NCBI GenBank assembly: GCA_030754595.1
Contig: JASLZZ010000109.1
Location: 28,226 to 92,225, forward strand
Length of the DNA stretch: 64,000 bases
Source of the DNA: Nitrospinota bacterium
Lineage (GTDB): Bacteria; UBA8248
Direction of reading: 5' to 3'
Shown: positions 59,004 through 64,000 of the stretch, piece by piece
Position numbering within the stretch: position 1 is the stretch's first letter
Layout: every line of letters begins with the position of its first letter
Notes under the pieces: generated by a model
Databases searched by the model: none
What the model saw: only the letters and a program-made list of their open reading frames with translations
Told to the model about the DNA's origin: nothing
Made by a program: the position numbers and the translations under genes

Positions 59004-60191
59004 TCAACCCGCCCGCCAGGGCCGCGTCGTAGTCCGGGTGAGGAGCTCGCTGCCCACACTTTCCACGAGAACCACCTGCTCGATGTTCGTGCCGCCCACC
59101 CCGGGCAGGACGAACTGCGGCTCTACGCAGATCACCATGTTTTCTTCGAGGGCCATATCGTTGTCCGGCCGGATGATAGGCGCCTCAACGGTTTCGAGGC
59201 CGATCCCGTGCCCCGCCATCGGGTAGAGATGCTGCCCGGCGCCGCCGGCGTTTTCATCGAGAAACCGGCTCGCCGCCCGGTGGATATCCGCCGCCGCAGC
59301 CCCGGCGCGAACCGCGCCCACCGCCGCCTCGGATGTGGCGATCGTCAGCTCGAGCATTTCCTCCACATCCGGGGCAAGCGCCTTACCGGGCACCACCGCC
59401 GTCCGGTTTACGTCAAACCCATAACCCTCGATCGCCCCCACATAGTCGAAACGAATGAGATCCCCCGCCTCGAGTTTCCTTTGGGTGGCCTGAGGCCAGC
59501 GCAACCCCCAGCTTGCCCAAGGGCCGCTATGAACGCGGACATATCGCACAAAATCAGCGCCCGCGCGCATCCCGGCGGAATGCCCCTCGGCACACAAATC
59601 GCTTTCGCGCACACCCGGCCGGATAGCCTCAAATATGGCGGAATACCCCGCTTCGACGACTTCCGCCGCACGTTTTAAATATTCCACTTCCGCCTAGCTT
59701 TTATTGGCGCGCATCTGTTCGACCAATGAATTGGCATTTTCAAATGATACATCGGGAAGCGCTGTAGTCAGATCGATATACATCGTTGCGGGCATGATAT
59801 CCTCACCCGCAATTCCGGCCCGGACGCCTTTTCCCGCTAGCTTTTTTAACTGCCTCACCACGCCGGCGGAAATGTTGGCCTCCACCCGGACGTTTTCGAT
59901 ATGCACCATCTCGCTTCGATAATTCCGGTGATCCACAAACAATACCGGGGATTCTTCCAGCGGGAGAATCAAAAGGCCGTGCCCCATTCCGCGGACGGTT
60001 TCGCTGAACGCACCCGGCGGAAACGGCGGAAAATGATTTGTGAGGTAAGTCAGACTGCCCATCCGGTCATAGAATGATCGCCCGATGACGATGAGAATCT
60101 CGATGCCACGGATACGCATCGATTCCCGGGCCCGGGAAATTCGGTTTTCAATCTCTTCCTTTGAAATTCCTGTTCCGTTTTCGATGACCAC
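59004..60191 (-). pseudogene. M24 Xaa-Pro peptidase family protein with in-frame TAG at 59694-59696
   Basis: Creatinase-N domain ...RANKS-TAG-AEVEYLKRA continues in frame to FD..GYGFDVNRT, GHGIGL, VEP, IEQ. Confidence 0.82.
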
Positions 60192-60569
60192 TTATTTGAA
60201 CCTCAGCATTAATTCGGATACGAAGTTCTCCAACTACTCGGGTGCTCTCAGAAGGAGCGGTACAACTATCGGGGGCGGGTCAGGGGCAATTTTTGGAATT
60301 GGGTCAAGCTCGTTGCCCTCACCTTTAGGAGACACCCCAATGCCAGCAAGCTGATCGCGAATACACTTGACATATGCCGCAGGACCTCAAAATTTCACGA
60401 GTGCACATGCCAGCATTATTGAAGAAAAGATCTCGTAGCCCAACCTGGACAAATCAGGAATGGTCTGGGAATGAACCGGCGTCCAGAATGAAAAGAAAAA
60501 GAAGAACAAGAATAACTTACGAATATTAGGGAGGATTATCAGGGTCCGAATATTTGTGACGGGCATCAC
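60192..60569 (-). pseudogene. Exported hypothetical protein with in-frame TGA (60387-60389) and TAG (60234-60236)
   Basis: Signal peptide then LACALVKF*GPAAYVKCIRDQL...APE*LENF...FK; final TAA abuts the GTG of the M24 gene. Confidence 0.45.
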
Positions 60570-60842
60570 ATGCCTTCCCTAAGAAGCCCAAGTAATTTGT
60601 CTGACAAAATCTTCTCTTCAAGACTTTCCTCTACGGTGTTTTCATTTTGTAGCTTGTTATCTTCGACCTATTAAGCCGGCATTTCCCACACGGTTCCTTG
60701 AGAGGCCTCTTTTAAGCTTCACGAAACGGGTGTTCTCCACCATCGGGCGTGAGTAAGGATTAACCGGTTGAATTATAAGCAGCAGCCGGTCTAGATTGTG
60801 GGAAAATCATGGACCAATTTGAAAAAATCCGGGGCGAAATAA

Positions 60843-61355
60843 TCACCCCAGCGATCGAAGGTGCACCCAGCGGCTTTGTTTCGTCTCGAAACCCCACTCC
60901 ATTTGCCCCTCGGCGATTCCGGGCGTGGGCGAATCAATCTGGCTCCGGCATGGCTCCACATGGACCCGGTAGTAAACGACATAGTGGGGATCGTACCGGG
61001 GAGACAGGCGTTTTTCCCGGAGCGCGAGCACGCACAGCCGCCGGACCTCGCCGATCTCCCCGGTCGTCAAGGCCGCGGTGGCCCGATCCGACCGGAACCA
61101 CTTCCTCAGATCGCTCCCGAACTTTTTTTTCACTTCATTGGCGTGGTCCGGAAGATAGAAGGCGTCGAGCATTGCCGTCCAATCCCGCCACTTTGTCCCG
61201 ATTTCAAATTGATGGAGCATATTCAGCAAGCCACCGCGGCCCGGCACCTGAGGCCCGATCAGCAATGACTCCGTGCACCCGGACAGGGAAAGGGCGGCCG
61301 CCAGCACCATGCAACCGATATATACGGTGCGCGGTTTATAGGTTGGCTTTTTCAC
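60843..61355 (-). CDS. Putative lipoprotein
   Basis: GTGA overlap with the cytochrome stop; LSLSGC lipobox. Confidence 0.65.
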   Translation of the reverse strand: MKKPTYKPRTVYIGCMVLAAALSLSGCTESLLIGPQVPGRGGLLNMLHQFEIGTKWRDWTAMLDAFYLPDHANEVKKKFGSDLRKWFRSDRATAALTTGEIGEVRRLCVLALREKRLSPRYDPHYVVYYRVHVEPCRSQIDSPTPGIAEGQMEWGFETKQSRWVHLRSLG

Positions 61356-61831
61356 TTTCGTTTCTTTTTCTTCCTGAAGGGTTTGTGACAAGCCCTGCAG
61401 GTTTTCGCAAGAGAAGTGAAGGAAGGCATCAAAGATTCACCATCGCCGGCACCGGCCACTTTCGCCAGAGAGCGGGCGGCGGCCGATGTTTTTCCGGTTA
61501 ATTTATTGTAGCGGTCAAATTCCTTCCAGACCTCGGGTTCAATCCGGGACTTTGGGCCAAAGGCGCTTCCCTCGGGGCTTAGCTCGAGAATCCGGTCGAC
61601 GAGTTTCGCAACATCCAGTGCCGCCCCGGCCAAATCCTTCATTTGACTTTTTTTAGCATACACCCTGATCAACCGCATGGTCTTGCTGATCTTTTTCATG
61701 AGGGCTGTGCGCTTTTTTTGAATTTCCTCGGGGGACCCCGCCCCCGGGCTCACAGCCGGGAAGGCGCCCCAAGAAACAGCAACAACCAAAGCAACGGCGA
61801 AAAGTCGCCGGCGGTAATTTCCGGTCCGCAT
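61352..61831 (-). CDS. Cytochrome c' (class II)
   Basis: Signal peptide; KRTALMK; PEVW; C-terminal CRACH. Confidence 0.88.
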   Translation of the reverse strand: MRTGNYRRRLFAVALVVAVSWGAFPAVSPGAGSPEEIQKKRTALMKKISKTMRLIRVYAKKSQMKDLAGAALDVAKLVDRILELSPEGSAFGPKSRIEPEVWKEFDRYNKLTGKTSAAARSLAKVAGAGDGESLMPSFTSLAKTCRACHKPFRKKKKRK

Positions 61832-62033
61832 GGAGTCTCCAGTCAAGCCGGGCAATCAATCCGGTCAATTCGGGCAATCAAGTCTGGCAGTTCGGACAGA
61901 ACTGGCAATTCACGCAAAAAAAGAGGACACCGCTCCCGGCTCCCCTTCGTCTATCGTAGAAATCTATTAAGGCATCTGTCAATTCAGGCTGGCGTTTTTC
62001 GAATATGCCGCTTAGCGAGGGCGAATAATCCGC

Positions 62034-62552
62034 CTAGCGGGGGTCGATGAATTCGGTACGGACCCAACCCAACCCATGAAAAGTCACGACCTTGACCCAC
62101 CGGATAGGCGCGCGCAGATGATTTTCAAGGCCATCGGCGGCCCAGGCGGCATGCCGGGACGGCTCGGGTTCGAATTCAAGCACCCTTCCTACTGTTCCCG
62201 AAAGAACTTTTTTAACCCGCATCGCCCGCTCCTGCATCCCTCCCGGCTTGTTCCAAAGCCAGACAAACTCCTCGCGGGGGACGGCCAGCAAATGCCTCGG
62301 CACCGCCTTGAGGACCACCTGCATATTCGGATTCCCGGAGCTTTTATTCTCGGTGCTGCCCCGCTTTAATTTAACTTGTGTGGCGCTCTCGTTAGTCGCA
62401 CAAGAAACCAGGGAAAGCGGAAAAATCAGCGCAACCGACCAGCGAATCAACCCCGGCAACCTCTTCGGCGTATTCTCCGGCGTCCGCGGCCCGCGTAGGG
62501 GGGCCCTGAATTTTTTGAAAATATTTCGTTGAGCGGTGAGACCCATGGGCAT
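62034..62552 (-). CDS. Hypothetical, possible lipoprotein
   Basis: AGAGGAG RBS; hydrophobic stretch ending LVSC. Confidence 0.6.
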   Translation of the reverse strand: MPMGLTAQRNIFKKFRAPLRGPRTPENTPKRLPGLIRWSVALIFPLSLVSCATNESATQVKLKRGSTENKSSGNPNMQVVLKAVPRHLLAVPREEFVWLWNKPGGMQERAMRVKKVLSGTVGRVLEFEPEPSRHAAWAADGLENHLRAPIRWVKVVTFHGLGWVRTEFIDPR

Positions 62553-62805
62553 ATCTCCTCTTCGGCCCTCCGAATCGCGGGGGCGGAAATAAACAATGCG
62601 CCGCTGTTTAATGAGGCAAAGCTCATACCGCGGGAGGATAATTGCGAGAAAAGCTTAAAAAATCATAAAACATTGATAATGCTTGTGTTATTTAGATGCT
62701 TCTCCGGATGATAGAAATTCTCGCCCTGCCGGAGTCTCCAACCTCCGGACGAGGGGAAAATAATTCCGGAAAAGGCGTCATTCGGCGCCTCCCTGGCTAA
62801 AAGCG

Positions 62806-63687
62806 TCATTCAGCAACTCTCTGGTGGATAAATCCCAAAAATACGCGGCCCAACGGGGTCATGGTTCTTGCCTTGTGGACCACCGAGAAAAACTCTCTTG
62901 AACAAGCGAAACCCTCGATTTCCACGGAGCGAAGGGCACCGGTCTCAAAATCCTCCTCCACGGCAAGCCGGGAGATAATGGATACGCCCACCCCTCCTTT
63001 CAGCGCATTTCGAACGGCTTGAGAATTTCCCAGGACAGTGGCCACCTGGCCGGCTTCCAGGTGAAAACCAAGTTCGCGAAGGCGCTCCTCGGCGATCAGC
63101 CGGGTACCCGAGCCCTCCTCTCGCACAATCATCTTTACCCCGTGAAGCTCTTGCGCCCTGATTTTTTTTCGCCTGGAGAGTGGATGACTTTCGGGGACCG
63201 ACAGAACAAGATCATCCTGGGCAAATAAATCATAGATTAGCTGTCCCTCAGCGAGCTTCGCGCCGGTCACACCGAGATCGACGGAACCCTCCAGAACCCC
63301 TTCGTTAACCTTTCGGGAATCCAGAATATTAATCGTTACCGAAGTATCGGGATGAATTACCTTGAATTTTCCTAAAAGACGAGGAAGAAGATATCCCCCC
63401 GGAATAGTGCTGGCCCCGATTTCCAGTTGTCCGGATATAATTCCAAGGTAGTCTTCTATCGCAGCTTTCGCGCTCTCGCGCGTTGCGATCATTTTTTTTG
63501 CGTGTCGATGAAGGATTTCACCCGCCTTGGTGGGTTGAACCTTTCGGCCCATGCGGTCAAGTAGCCGCGTACCCATCTCGGCCTCCAGCGTTTTGATATG
63601 TTCACTTGCCGTCGGCTGGGACAGGCCCAGGGATTTGGCCGCACGAGAGAAGCTTTCAGTTTCAATCACTTGGCAAAAAATTTCCAT
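62806..63687 (-). CDS. LysR-family regulator, CysL-like/selenium-metabolism-associated type; N-terminus short
   Basis: SFSRAA..LSQPTASEHIKTLE; IGASTIPGGYLLP; REEGSGTR. Confidence 0.88.
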   Translation of the reverse strand: MEIFCQVIETESFSRAAKSLGLSQPTASEHIKTLEAEMGTRLLDRMGRKVQPTKAGEILHRHAKKMIATRESAKAAIEDYLGIISGQLEIGASTIPGGYLLPRLLGKFKVIHPDTSVTINILDSRKVNEGVLEGSVDLGVTGAKLAEGQLIYDLFAQDDLVLSVPESHPLSRRKKIRAQELHGVKMIVREEGSGTRLIAEERLRELGFHLEAGQVATVLGNSQAVRNALKGGVGVSIISRLAVEEDFETGALRSVEIEGFACSREFFSVVHKARTMTPLGRVFLGFIHQRVAE

Positions 63688-63697
63688 CTACAGGAAA

Positions 63698-63868
63698 TTG
63701 TACGAGACGGCCGTTTTTGTGCGAATCCCGCAAAAGCTCAAGGATACGCTGGAAACCCTCGCCAAGAGCGGCGGCTGCTACGAGGCCGACGTTCACCGGG
63801 AGGCGCTCAAGGAAGGGCTCCAAAACATCGCCAGAAGGTCCGCCCGGGCGGCGAAAGTGGGGAAGTAG
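63698..63868 (+). CDS. Putative ribbon-helix-helix DNA-binding protein
   Basis: AGGA then TTG 63698; AVFVRIPQKLKDTLETLAK..EADVHREAL strand-helix-helix pattern. Confidence 0.55.
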   Translation: MYETAVFVRIPQKLKDTLETLAKSGGCYEADVHREALKEGLQNIARRSARAAKVGK

Positions 63869-63884
63869 AAGCACCGGAATGGGG

Positions 63885-63985
63885 AATTTCTGGACACGCT
63901 CGGGGTAATTTATGGACGCAGTAAAAAAGGAGTTTCTGGATGCGGTAAAAAGGGGGAGTTTTTAGACACTGCAGGGAAGGGGAGA
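63885..63985 (+). repeat. Four degenerate 22-26-bp direct repeats
   Basis: TTTnT(G/A)GA(C/T) cores at 63887, 63909, 63933 and 63959. Confidence 0.5.
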
Positions 63986-64000
63986 AGGGAAGCGCCGTGT

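Noticed and set aside
58798..59007. 69-aa ORF overlapping the M24 stop
   Set aside because: No recognisable motif and atypical composition; cannot be supported as a gene
60387..60389. Fifth selenocysteine codon
   Set aside because: No CxxU or UxxC context, no convincing hairpin, and the same frame has a second stop
61845..61912. Short GGCAAT/GTCAAT-like repeats upstream of cytochrome c'
   Set aside because: Too short and irregular to separate from low-complexity sequence
1..64000. Genome-wide stop-codon reassignment
   Set aside because: TGA, TAG and TAA all end conserved genes at expected positions (gatB TGA, rimO TAG, gatA TAA)

Overview
GC-rich bacterial chromosomal segment with about 60 protein-coding genes; I see no rRNA, tRNA, CRISPR array or transposase. 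Housekeeping genes (gpmI, ctpA, Lon-like protease, rimO, DegQ/HtrA, pfkA, gatA/gatB) are mixed with small-molecule catabolic and redox genes. The main hidden signal is UGA recoding. Four genes that the ORF track splits in two are continuous frames with an in-frame TGA at a redox-Cys position, each followed 11-13 nt later by a SECIS-like hairpin. Three are AhpD/CMD-like proteins with CxxU (2678-3235, 5109-5762, 37346-37900) and one is a UGSC-family protein (11776-12327). The most unusual is a CxxU AhpD-like gene closely followed by a paralogue lacking both redox residues and then a small CxxC protein, a candidate heteromeric selenoenzyme. Several other genes carry premature stops or frameshifts without SECIS-like hairpins; many fit single G:C>T:A changes and look like decay or sequencing artefact. 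No selA/selB/selC/selD is in the window, so Sec decoding is inferred, not shown. All family assignments come from motif recognition without database searches.
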